DNA of 62,189 bases, the filler included, from Collodictyon triciliatum (taxonomy: Eukaryota), in assembly GCA_043381765.1 (NCBI GenBank). It is 6 parts of 6 records of this genome, joined end to end, with 100 filler letters (N's around TTAATTAATTAA, not from the genome) between each part and the next. Parts side by side here need not be neighbours in the genome. Positions count along the whole stretch, not along the records: positions 37,406 to 51,375 come from JBHJMP010000199.1; positions 51,476 to 57,007 come from JBHJMP010000200.1; 4 more parts are not named here. The stretch is one strand, 5' to 3'. Positions 40,601 through 51,658 of the stretch are shown here, piece by piece (within the stretch, counting starts at the first letter, position 1; each line of letters starts with the position of its first letter). A program made the translations under genes and the position numbers. A model generated the notes under the pieces. It made no database searches. It saw only the letters and a program-made list of their open reading frames with translations, and was not told where the DNA came from.

Positions 40601-40870
40601 AAGGGGTATCTCTGGAACTCATGCTCAGAATATATGAAAGAAATTTTGAAAAATCATATCTTTAACTTGTTGATTGTTGTTTCTTGCATTCTCCGGGGTG
40701 GAAAATTAAAGAATCCTCTTCGCCCGGATCTGATGCTCATGGAGCTCCTCGGGCCCGAGCTGTATGGAAAGCTGATGAAGCCGCTTTACATCCTCTTCGT
40801 GGTTGTTGTGTCGCTCGTTTTCCTCTACATCCTCTTCCAATTGCTAACGGTTATTGGAGTTTTGCTTTAA
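37634..40870 (+). CDS. Ferlin family protein, 3' part (last two C2 domains and tail anchor), 5'-partial
   Basis: IRAYILRAHNL..DPYI..LFDYDGFSDDDLIGSTKIDLETR, KPVEFRTL, GKLEMWLEI, FELRVIIWKT, QKTDIH..GSFNYRMIF, PAGRGRESPNLNPVLEPPDR, then a C-terminal hydrophobic helix and TAA ending at 40870. Confidence 0.95.
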
Positions 40871-41441
40871 GCACAAGACATGAAAATGAGACAGGGGCCA
40901 CAACGGGACGAACGCCAAGCAAGAAGAAAGAAAGGACGAAGAGGGGGAGAAAAAATACTGGAAACTCGTTCACAACGGCCCATCAATCTCCAAACACCGC
41001 GCCTCAGCACGCATCACCACCAACCAATAAAAAGCAGAGAAAAAGAATCTATCCTACCTGTCTGTTCACATAAGGCGCTGATATGATTTACACAGAAGCG
41101 GCAAAAAACACGGAATCGACGAGCGATGCTGCATCAACGGCCAAATCAGTTCAGACCTAAGAATGAAACCTAACCGACCTGTCAAAAACACGCCCAAACT
41201 TTATACATAAATATGAAAGCATTCAAGTTCAACTGTGACAAACACAACCCCTGTGGCGCTGCGCAAGGGTGGGACTCACAGCGCGATCAACTAACAAGAA
41301 ATGGCACAATGGAGAGTATTTTTTCCATTCCTTTTTTCATTTTTTCCTTTTTTTCCCCTTTTTTTCTTCCTTTTTTTTTTTTCCCATCTTGTACAAAAGA
41401 CGGGCTCTGAAAGTCCTCCCAGACGCATAGGGCAATTACCG

Positions 41442-42119
41442 ATGGAATCGGCCCTCGACTGCCAAAACTGTGCCCAACTGGCTGCTGCTCTGGCCGCTGA
41501 GCAGAGCGCTCACAACCGCACTCTCAAGTCTTTGGAGACCGCTCGGATAAACACAGCAGAGGCCAGAAACGCCGCCGATCAACAAAGCGCCGCGGTCAAA
41601 CAGCTCCAGCGCCAGATCGACGAGTTGGAGGCTCGCCTCAAGGCAGCCGAAGGGAAGCTCTTTGATGCGACCACAGATCTCTTGGAAGCTCGCATCAAGG
41701 GCGATCAGCTTGCTGTTGTCCTGGCCGATAGTGCGGCTCCAAAGTCACCCAGAAGGCAGTTTCCTGCATTATCGGTTTCTGCTCCCGTTTCTCCAAGCAA
41801 TGCGAGTCCGAGCGAGTTTGGGGCGTCTCTCACGAACGGACGCCAAAGACATTCATCTGCTTCGCTCAACCCAAGCGCGCCGCACTCGCCCAGAATGCCC
41901 CAGTTCGGCCCGCCTTCCGTTATGTCTGTCCCGACATCGCTCGCTGCCCCGAGTGCAGCCGACGAAACAAATTCTGCTTTCCGGACAGACTCTGAGGTTA
42001 AAGTTGCTTTTTTTTCTAATTTATCCTTTTCACTCTCTCCATTTTTTTTTCATATTCCTTCATTTTTCCTTTACTCTTCCTTTATTTTTCGGTTGTTCAT
42101 GTTGTTGTCTTTTCATTTC

Positions 42120-42212
<93 letters not shown>

Positions 42213-42312
42213 NNNNNNNNNNNNNNNNNNNNNNNNNNNNNNNNNNNNNNNNNNNNNNNNNNNNNNNNNNNNNNNNNNNNNNNNNNNNNNNNNNNNNNNN
42301 NNNNNNNNNNNN

Positions 42313-42369
<57 letters not shown>

Positions 42370-42571
42370 AACATGGCTTATTTTCTATGACCTTGTATTT
42401 ATCCTTATCTCTGTTACATTTGATTTGTTCAATTTCTATGTGACATCGTATGTCACCATCATTTTTTCATCCACTTTGTATGCTTGACTTTTTTACTGTC
42501 GGTTTTTTTTTGTATCCTTTTGTTTAAAATACTACTTACATTATCTGTTGTATTATTTACCCGGTGTCCCT

Positions 42572-42646
<75 letters not shown>

Positions 42647-45600
42647 GCCTTAATATTGTGTTGCATTTACCAATACTCACAAAAAGGATAAAGTAAATAC
42701 TCTGTGAGTTTGAAATGGCTTGCTGAATTCTTCAATACCATTCGCAGGTTCATAGCATGGCCAATCAGCCTATTGAAGTACTGACGCCAAGATCGCGCCC
42801 GATGAACAATAGCGCCATGCGTGTCAGGGCCAATACTGAGTTTGGTGCACAAAGTGGTGGAAGTCCATCAAATCTGATGGCAAAAATGGCACTGATAGCG
42901 GAGGAGGATGAACTTGTGGATTTGGCAACAGATGCAAAACAGGAAATCAAGCGAGAGAAATCAAAGTCCGTGTCTGTTTCAACATCAATGTCCAATGCGT
43001 TGGTGGGCATCGGAGTCATCTCAAATCCAAAGGATGATGCAACAGAAAGGCTCATAGAAAGCTTCTCTCGTAATTCTTAGAAAACTTATCATGCATGGCT
43101 TTGATATTTATTTTTATTTTATTTTTTAATTCAATAAGATGATATGGTTCTGTTAATAATTGAGGTTTTCATCCTTAAGGTTCTAGTAGCATGAATTAAT
43201 ATAGCATTGAAAATACAGAAATTATCAGAAGTTTTATCTTATTTTATTTCTTTTAAAAGCACCGGTGATACTTCAAACTAGCTTTCAGAATCCATCCAGA
43301 AAGCAATCAGGAGGAACTGTTGTAAGCTATTAGCTTATACTTATAGCATTTTTTTTCAATATTGCCTCAGCTTTATTTATAGTCCCCCCCCCCCCTTTAT
43401 TTATATATTCGATTCAAATAAGCTGTTAATTGTTCCTGATTGTTCATTGATTTCAAACTCGGATGTGCAATATAGAAAGTTGTCAAGAAAGGGTATATTC
43501 TCAAAAGGACAGATGGTTTGATTAGATCAACAAAAAGGTTTTGGGCTGTGATTGCCGGTTGGAGGCTATATATGTTTGCTTCAGAAAATGTTTGTAGTTC
43601 AAAAAATGAATATTCATTATACCTTTAGTTTTCTGGTATAATTCAAATTTAAATATTAAATTGTACTTGTACCTCTATTTCTCCTGTCTCTCGAAAAAAA
43701 ATATGCATGTATCACCAGTTTATAAAATAAAATGTTCAAAATTAAAAGGACCTCGAGTTTGTTGAAGAATTCGACCTTTGCCATACTACTGTTCAAGTTC
43801 CCTTTGAAGGAGAGGATGACGGAAAGGCCTTTCATTTATTCACCCCTGGAAGATTTTCATTCTTTGTTTGTAACGACGCTGAGGATAGAAAATCTTGGTT
43901 GGGGATAATAGAAAATCTCAGCTGGGAAGGAAAAATTCTGCTTGAATCCAGCTTGGTCAGTTATGTTTGAAAAAGCTCTTCCTAGATTTTTAATTAAGTT
44001 ACCATTCATTTTATGTAGTATACAATATCTTTCCTTACTTAACTTTTTTAATCACTTTTGCTAAAATTATGGGTATAATGACTCTGGATTGTGCAAAAAA
44101 AAAAAAATTAGAAGGTGCCAAATACAACCACACAGAGACAAGGATATCTTTTGGTAGTCAAAAAGAAATCATCTACATCCACCCAAGATTTAAAATGGTG
44201 TTTCATCTCAGAGGGTGTTTTTGGGTATTTTAAAGGAGCAAAGGTAACAACATGCCAAAATCCCTAATAAAATTTCTTATTTGAAAATTCAATAAATCAC
44301 ATATTGAACATGACTGAAAATGCCTGAGCTATACACAAAACAAATTTTCATTTCATTTCATTTGACAATATGTAGAGCAAAAAGGATTTGAAGATTATTG
44401 ACCTTTCTCGGGCAGACTTTACAGCGACAACAAAGAGTAAAAATTATGAAAGCACATTTGCACTCCAGTCGGGTCCAGAGATGTTTATTTTGACAGGGAC
44501 TTCAAAAAGGGATTCTGAAGCCTGGAAGTCTGTCATTACTTGTTGCATGGATAAGGCTAAAGTGAGGCTTACTCTAGAAATCAGTACCTTGCGGTCTCAA
44601 TGATTTGAATCTCTTTAAATGAAACTTTAATAGAATCTAGTATTGCTCTGCTTTTCTTGTATCTTTAGCAAAATTTCAGCTGATTTGCATACATATTATT
44701 CATATACTTAGACGTCCGCAAATGACCCTGAGTATTGGCAGGGGTATCTTAGGAAAAAATCAGCAAGTTTCTTGTCTAGGTCGAAAGACTTTTGGTATGT
44801 TGTAAAAGAGGACAAACTGACTGCCTACTCTGGCGTTAATGTACGGATTTCAATTTTATTTTATTTTATTTTATTTTATTTTATTTTGTCAGCTGTTGGT
44901 TGTTTTCCTTCCGTATATCTATACTATTCGATTCATTGGTGTTATCGAAGAAACCCCAAAATAATAGAGATTTGCCTCTATTCAGATTCTAGACGCCTTA
45001 TATGCATTTGATCTTGATGGTGCGAGTGTTCGAGTCGTGGAAAAGTCCGGCTTTGAGTTGCTTCTAAAAGACTCTACCACTGTGTCATTATCATCACCCA
45101 ATGTCGATGAATTACAACGTTGTATCGAAGCTATTCAATTGACAATCAATCGAATTAAGGTTCCTTATTATTTTCTTCATTTTATTTTTAATTTAATTTT
45201 TTTTTATAGTTTTGCCATTCATTTATTGTGTGTTTTGAATGTACATTATTTAATGCTTCTCGTGGCCTTTAAGATGAAGCATGCGGGTGTCATTCGCAAA
45301 GGATTCTTAAATTTCAAGAAGGAAGACACGAGCAGAACTAAAAAGCATGATTTCAAAAACTGTTGGTTTGTTTTAACCAAGGATACGCTGAGTTACTACA
45401 GGCAACAAAAGGTGTTTTTTTTTATTTCTGCAGAGGCATTTTTTTTTCTCTTAATTGATCCAAATAAAGTAACAAATTGAACTATTTTTTTCGAAAAGAT
45501 ATACTCGCTTCAAATAATCTGAACGATGAAATTGTAGGATCAAAAGCCAAAGAAAGCGTTGAATTTACTGTCTCTTCGACTTTCCATTCCTGAAAATTAC

Positions 45601-46729
45601 CAAGAAGAGTGCACATTTTTGATACACACATCATCAGGGGTATATCTCTAATACAATCGCTATGTTTTCGAGACTCAGGCACCCTTATTGGTATGTGCGT
45701 AACATGGGCCTCTCTTTATTTTACGTCTACGTAGACTCTGCGAATAGTGGGTGCGGATGGGACCGTGATATCCCAGTGGATTGAAGATTTGAGAACTTCT
45801 ATCAACTCTCTGGAGTTAGATGCTCGCCGGAAAAAGAGAGAGATGATTTCCAACCAAAATAGATGTAAATAACGCTACCAGCTATCCTGCACAAACGAAA
45901 TAAACAAAAGGAATAGTTAAAATCGAATTTCTTCATATTTAAATTTACTAATTTCGATCTTTTCGTGATTGCAGCGAATCCTGCTATGTTTATGGATTCC
46001 AGACGTGCATCTTCCCCGCTAAATCAATTTACCATGTTGAATCTACAAGAAGATGATGGTTCTGTAAAGAAAGTCAATGCAAACAATCCTATCGAAGAGG
46101 TAAAATATACCAGAAATACAGATTCTGCACGGAAAGGATATCTTTGTATATTTATCCTACAAATGCGTTGATGTATAGGAAAATATGAAAGACTTGGAAG
46201 ATGACAGGTACAGTGTGATTAAAGAGGAAGCCGAAGAAGGTCCTACAAAGGATGAGAATATGCGACGCTTCAGTCTCCCAATCAAGCTTGATTATAGGGG
46301 CTACAGGTTTGTCTATAACTAAGGACATCGTGTAGAATATGCATATTCTCCTCGGATGATCAGAATGAAGCCATCGCTTATATTTATACGATAATTTGGA
46401 TACAACATAATAGATTCATTTCATGGTTTTCCTTTTGATTTTAGAATCGTAGAGGACTCTCCAATTGTAATTGATAACGGATCTAGTTACCTCAGAATTG
46501 GTTATTCAAAAGAGGAACTTCCTAATGCTGTTTTTCCGTCTATGGTCACCTACAATAATTTGGAGAATGTGAGCGAATTCTATGTCGGATATAACGCACA
46601 AAGACAGGTTAGTATATGATAGCTCTTATGGATTAGTATTGTCTTGCTTTTGATTACCATATTATTATTTGCCTATCTTCACTACTTTATCAAAAATTAC
46701 TATACGTTATGAGGTTTGAACTTTGTCAG

Positions 46730-46766
<37 letters not shown>

Positions 46767-48699
46767 TAATTTTTATTTTTTTTTTTAAAAANNNNNNNNN
46801 NNNNNNNNNNNNNNNNNNNNNNNNNNNNNNNNNNNNNNNNNNNNNNNNNNNNNNNNNNNNNNNNNNNNNNNNNNNNNNNNNNNNNNNNNNNTTTATTATT
46901 ATTTTTTTTTTTTGCTTTTTTTTACTTTTTTTTAAAAATTTTTTTTTGTTTTTTTTTTTTAAATTTTTTATGCTTTTTTTTTTTTTTTTTGTAGGAAATA
47001 TAACATCATTATATTACCCCTAAAAAAAAAATACTGATTGTAACAGCAAGCCATCCTTGGATGTCCACCTGTGTACCCGTTCAATCCTGGGAAAGACACG
47101 AATTGGGATGCCGTTGTTGATGTGTACAATTATTTGTTGTCAAATGAACTAGGCATTCACGCCAACAATTATTCTGTATGATTTAATTTTAAAAATTGAA
47201 GGGATGGAACTGTATAATTATCTATCACCATATTTCATTGAGTTTGGGTCATGCAATCGCTACTAATACTTCGATGACAGTTTTTGCTTACTCAACCGGC
47301 GGGTTTCAAACCGGGAGACAAAGAAAAGTTTTTGGAAATCTTGCTCGAGGTCTTTGAAATGGGAGCAGTTCATATCCAAGACCCTGGACCTCTGCCCTTG
47401 ATTGCCGTGGGAGAATCAGCCGGAATAGTGGTTGATTGGGGAAATCGCCTGACTGTCAGTTTCATAACCATCGTCCACCCTCCAAATTCAATTGCAATAT
47501 TATGATTATTATTCTTACTATTATTTTTACTATTATTCTTACTATTATTCTTACTATTATTCTTACTATTATTCTTACTATTATTCTTACTATTATTCTT
47601 ACTATTATTCTTACTATTATTCTATTTATATATACATTTATTGCTTAGCTTTGTTTATTTTTTATATAAAAAAAATAATTATCATTCATCAATCAAAATA
47701 TCCTTCATAGGTTACTCCTGTCTACGACGGGTGTGTGTTATCTGAGGGACAAAAATCTACGGACTTTGGCGGTCGCCAGTTAAATTTATTCCTTAATCAG
47801 ATGCTGAATAAAGAATGTGGATTCCACATCCCAGCCAAGAAAGTGGATTTTGCAACATCTGCCATCAAAGAAAAGTATTTGCAAACCACTTCATGCCAAT
47901 TTTTATTGGCATTTCCTCATGAATCACCACACATCAACTTTCTATTCTGCTATTTCTTCATATAATTTATAGTTTGCTTGTTTTTGTTTTTGTTTTTGTT
48001 TTTGTTTTTGTTTTTGTTTTTGTTTTTGTTTTTGTTTTTGTTTTTGTTTTTCCTTCACTAACCTTCTCACCATCTACATGAATTTTCTTTGTCGTATCGA
48101 GGTTTTGTTACGTTGCTCTGGATTTCAATAAGGAGCTATCCGAGTTTAAGATCGACCGAAGAGCAATAAGAAAGGAGTTTACACTCGACAAGGGCGTCTC
48201 TGTCGCTCTGGATACGCAGCGCTTTCGTGTACCAGAATTGCTCTTCAATCCAACGCTTGGCGGGTTCGATGAAGACCCTGTACATACTTTGCTCAAGAAA
48301 GCTGTACAAGATTCACCCATAGATCTGCGCAGGGAATTATGTCAAAATGTCATACTATCTGGAGGGACGACGTTATTTCCTGGTTTGATTCTTACTTGTT
48401 TTCTTTCGTTATTTTCATAATCTAATCTTTCTTGAAGACATATCTATTCCGGATGATATCTTACAACGACGTTCGAATTCAATTTTAATTTACTTTCATA
48501 CTTAGGATTCTGTCAGCGATTACAAAAGGAACTGGCACATCTGACTCCCTCCATCCCACCCATTACCACCCGCACCGAAGGCCTTTCCAAGTATTTGACA
48601 TGGATGGGCGGAGCGGTAATGTCCCTTGATGAATCATTTGATCAGCTATGTATTCGAAAAGAGGCGTATCACGAGGAAGGCGTCAACCGCTTGATTTGA
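41442..48699 (+). CDS. Coiled-coil + four PH domains + C-terminal divergent actin-fold fusion protein (about 20 exons)
   Basis: PH1 KKGYILKR..KRFWAVI..DRKSWLGII. PH2 RQGYLLV..KWCFI..DSEAWKSVI. PH3 WQGYLRKK..FWYVV..ELQRCIEAI. PH4 RKGFLNF..CWFVL..LSYY..ISQWIEDL. Linker joins in frame (intron 46307-46444, phase 2) to PIVIDNGSSYLRIGY..PNAVFPSMV..YVG..TNWD..IKEKFCYVALDF..RFRVPELLFNP..IDLRRELCQNVILSGGTTLFPG..RLQKEL..WMGG..YHEEG; TGA ends at 48699. Confidence 0.85.
47506..47622 (+). repeat. Intronic (TTATTCTTACTA)n tandem repeat
   Basis: 12-mer array in an intron of the actin domain. Confidence 0.9.
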
Positions 48700-49093
48700 T
48701 TACCACACCACCTTCTTGATTGTTTCTCTGGTTTCATACCCTTAATTATTTTTTTAAAATATATATATATCACTGTTAAATGGTGAAAGGAGAATTTGCT
48801 CATGCATCCTCCATATCGCAACCCTATCTTTTTTATTCAAGAGAATAAGCTTTCAATCTTTGCTGATATACATAATGTCTCAAGTATAAATTAAAGTTGC
48901 ATACTATTGTCATTATTTTTTTCTTGCTTGGCCATACATGCTTTGTTTATTTGCTTATTTATTATTAATTTATTAGTATTAGTATTATCATTATTACTAT
49001 TACCATTATTATTGGTGTTTAAGAAAGCTGATAGAAAGTACACTTAATTGTGATGACGGCAACAAGTACGGTTTCACTAGGAACTATCTTAAT

Positions 49094-49936
49094 TTATTTC
49101 TTTGACTTCAAGTATTCGATCTTCTCTTTGTAGCTTGTCTCGAACGTAGGGAGACCAACAGCGTGCGCCATGTACTTTGTTTTACAGACCAAAGAAAAGA
49201 AGATGAATATTTGGTGTAGAAATAGTGAGAAGCGATTGTTAGAGGGAAAAAAGTGTGTGGGGGGGATTCGAACAAAATTATATACACTTTATGTTCAAAG
49301 AAAACGCGGCATCGATACTTACATCCCGCACATTTTTTGCGTAAAGTTTTGGGTCACATTTTTCTTGTTCGTTTGGTACATATTTGTCTAGATATATGAC
49401 CTCCACTTGATTGTAAAACTGGAGCATGAGCTTGCAAACATGTGGCAATGTGTTCGAGCTTACATCAGAAGGATTTAAGTTTTTGTACGTATACCTGCCA
49501 AGTGATACGTACTTGTATTAGAAATATAATACAAATTATAAAACTCATGATTGGTAATGATTATGGTGACAAGAAAGGAAATTAAGGTGAAAACGGGTGC
49601 TATATTGGCTTCGTCTATGGTTGCAGAGACCTCGATATAAGCCCCTGGTGTCCAGTGTAATGATGATAATATTCATACAAGAATAAAAATAAAATTATCT
49701 ACTTGAGAAATACGGGGTAGACAGGGAGTCCCCCAAGGAATGCGCCAGTCTGAAACTGTGAGCTATTATTTTGTGAGGTTTTTATTTTCTGTTAGTTCTC
49801 AAACTACCATTCAATTGAATATATGCCTAGACGCAATGAATGGTTCGGTTATTAGAGAACAGCAGATGCTCTAATATGGGATTCAGTGCTTTGTCATTAT
49901 TTATCTTTCAAGTTTGCCAAAAGGGAAAGGAAAGCC

Positions 49937-50013
<77 letters not shown>

Positions 50014-50306
50014 AGTAATAAACAAAAATGAAAGAAAATTTCACAAGGATAGTCCGTTTGTTGTAGTACCCTCAGGAAAAATAACAATAGGGGGATAGTC
50101 TATTGATGAAGAATGCAAGGGCTTCAGTGAATGGATACGTTTTAAATTGGATACATCATGAAGCATAATACCATAAAGATATGAAAGAGAAACATAGTTT
50201 ACGTGTCTCTCCTGAAAAGTAGCGACTTTTTAGCTGCTGGCTAGTGTTTGATCCGGCCCCACGCTCTACGAATCTAGTGATGTTCATTAATTTTTTTTCA
50301 TTTTAT

Positions 50307-50379
<73 letters not shown>

Positions 50380-51151
50380 TTACTTACAGGCAACCTATTT
50401 TATTTGCAATCGCACCAACGATAGGGGCGTTACGGACCGCAGCCTACAAACGTAGTCATTTAAAGTGGTCCATTATGTCAGCAATATTTTGCGTCTGAAA
50501 GAAAAAATCGAAGGGGAAACTACCCACAATAAAGGTGGGGAAGTTCATTATGGATTAAATGTATTTACGTACCTTTGAAATAAATGAAGGTACATTATTG
50601 AATGCGACATGAACAAAAATATCGCAATAACCCGCGTGGTTTGATACAATCACAACTGACTCCTTCCTATTCGCTGGGCGTTGCTCCTCCTTTAGATTTA
50701 GATTGGTAGAAAGGGGGAATCAGATATACTACTAGAAACCCAGACAACTAATAAAAAGAAGAAAAAAGGAAACTGAAAAAAGACTGGTATAATCGGATAT
50801 GGGAGCAATATAAGAGAGTACTCACCACGGGGTTTCCAGTGGATTTAATGTACCAAAACCCAAAGCAAAAGAGAATTATTCGGGCCATGAGAGAAACCAA
50901 TGCCAAGATCTGATAAGAAAAAACGGAATAAAGGCATATGCGAAGAAATTACAATAGATGGCGCATGAGCCAATTTTGATTCTGCTGTTAAACGTATTTC
51001 CCATACTCCATACTTTTGTTCGAAGCCAACTTCTATCGTTTCTCGGCTCTTTTTCCCCATATGTAGCCAACATGACAAATACCCACGAAAGTAGGAAGCT
51101 GATAATAATTATCAGAACGCGGGGTATAAACAACAGTCCCATGATGATAAT
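49094..51151 (-). CDS. Lysophospholipid acyltransferase (LPCAT/LPEAT-type, PlsC fold), 5'-partial
   Basis: Catalytic NHAGYCD (HxxxxD), FVER, IVIFPEGTTTNG, FQTGAF, YVPNEQEKCDPKLYAKNVRDYMA. Stop TAA at 49094. Confidence 0.92.
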
Positions 51152-51273
51152 CTATCCACATGAAAAACGAAAGGAACACACATATACACACATAGAAGGG
51201 AAAATCGAACAGTCAGTTTGTCAACTCCATGTAGCTCCCATTGGCTCTGCAGAGGGTCAAACAAGGGAAAAAG

Positions 51274-51375
51274 GGGAAAGGGAAAAGGGAAAAGGGAAAA
51301 GGGAAAAGGGAAAAGGGAAAAGGGAAAAGGGAAAAGGGAAAAGGGAAAAGGGAAAAGGGAAAAGGGAAAAGGGAA
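51274..51375 (+). repeat. (GGGAAAA)n tandem repeat
   Basis: 7-mer array at a scaffold end. Confidence 0.93.
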
Positions 51376-51475
51376 NNNNNNNNNNNNNNNNNNNNNNNNN
51401 NNNNNNNNNNNNNNNNNNNTTAATTAATTAANNNNNNNNNNNNNNNNNNNNNNNNNNNNNNNNNNNNNNNNNNNN
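51376..51475. other. Artificial scaffold-join linker
   Basis: TTAATTAATTAA at 51420-51431 flanked by Ns. Confidence 0.95.
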
Positions 51476-51600
51476 ATAGTAATAGTCATAGTCATAGTCA
51501 TAGTCATAGTCATAGTCATAGTCATAGTCATAGTCATAGTCATAGTCATAGTCATAGTCATAGTCATAGTCATAGTCATAGTCATAGTCATAGTCATAGT
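51476..51600 (+). repeat. (TAGTCA)n microsatellite
   Basis: Hexamer array upstream of SMARCC. Confidence 0.95.
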
Positions 51601-51658
51601 TGCATTCGAATTGAACCGCAGGGCTACGAAGGCAACAGAAGGACGCACGCTTTTGACA

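Noticed and set aside
32459-40870. Anoctamin next to ferlin as a membrane-repair gene cluster
   Set aside because: They are separated by an artificial linker and lie on different scaffolds.
46445-48699. Stand-alone conventional actin or an actin pseudogene
   Set aside because: It has no own start codon, splices in frame from upstream, has no internal stops or frameshifts, and is far too divergent for conventional actin.
51274-51375. (GGGAAAA)n at a scaffold end as a telomere
   Set aside because: Not a T/G-strand telomeric unit (the reverse complement is TTTTCCC), and it lies where the 5'-truncated acyltransferase gene must continue.
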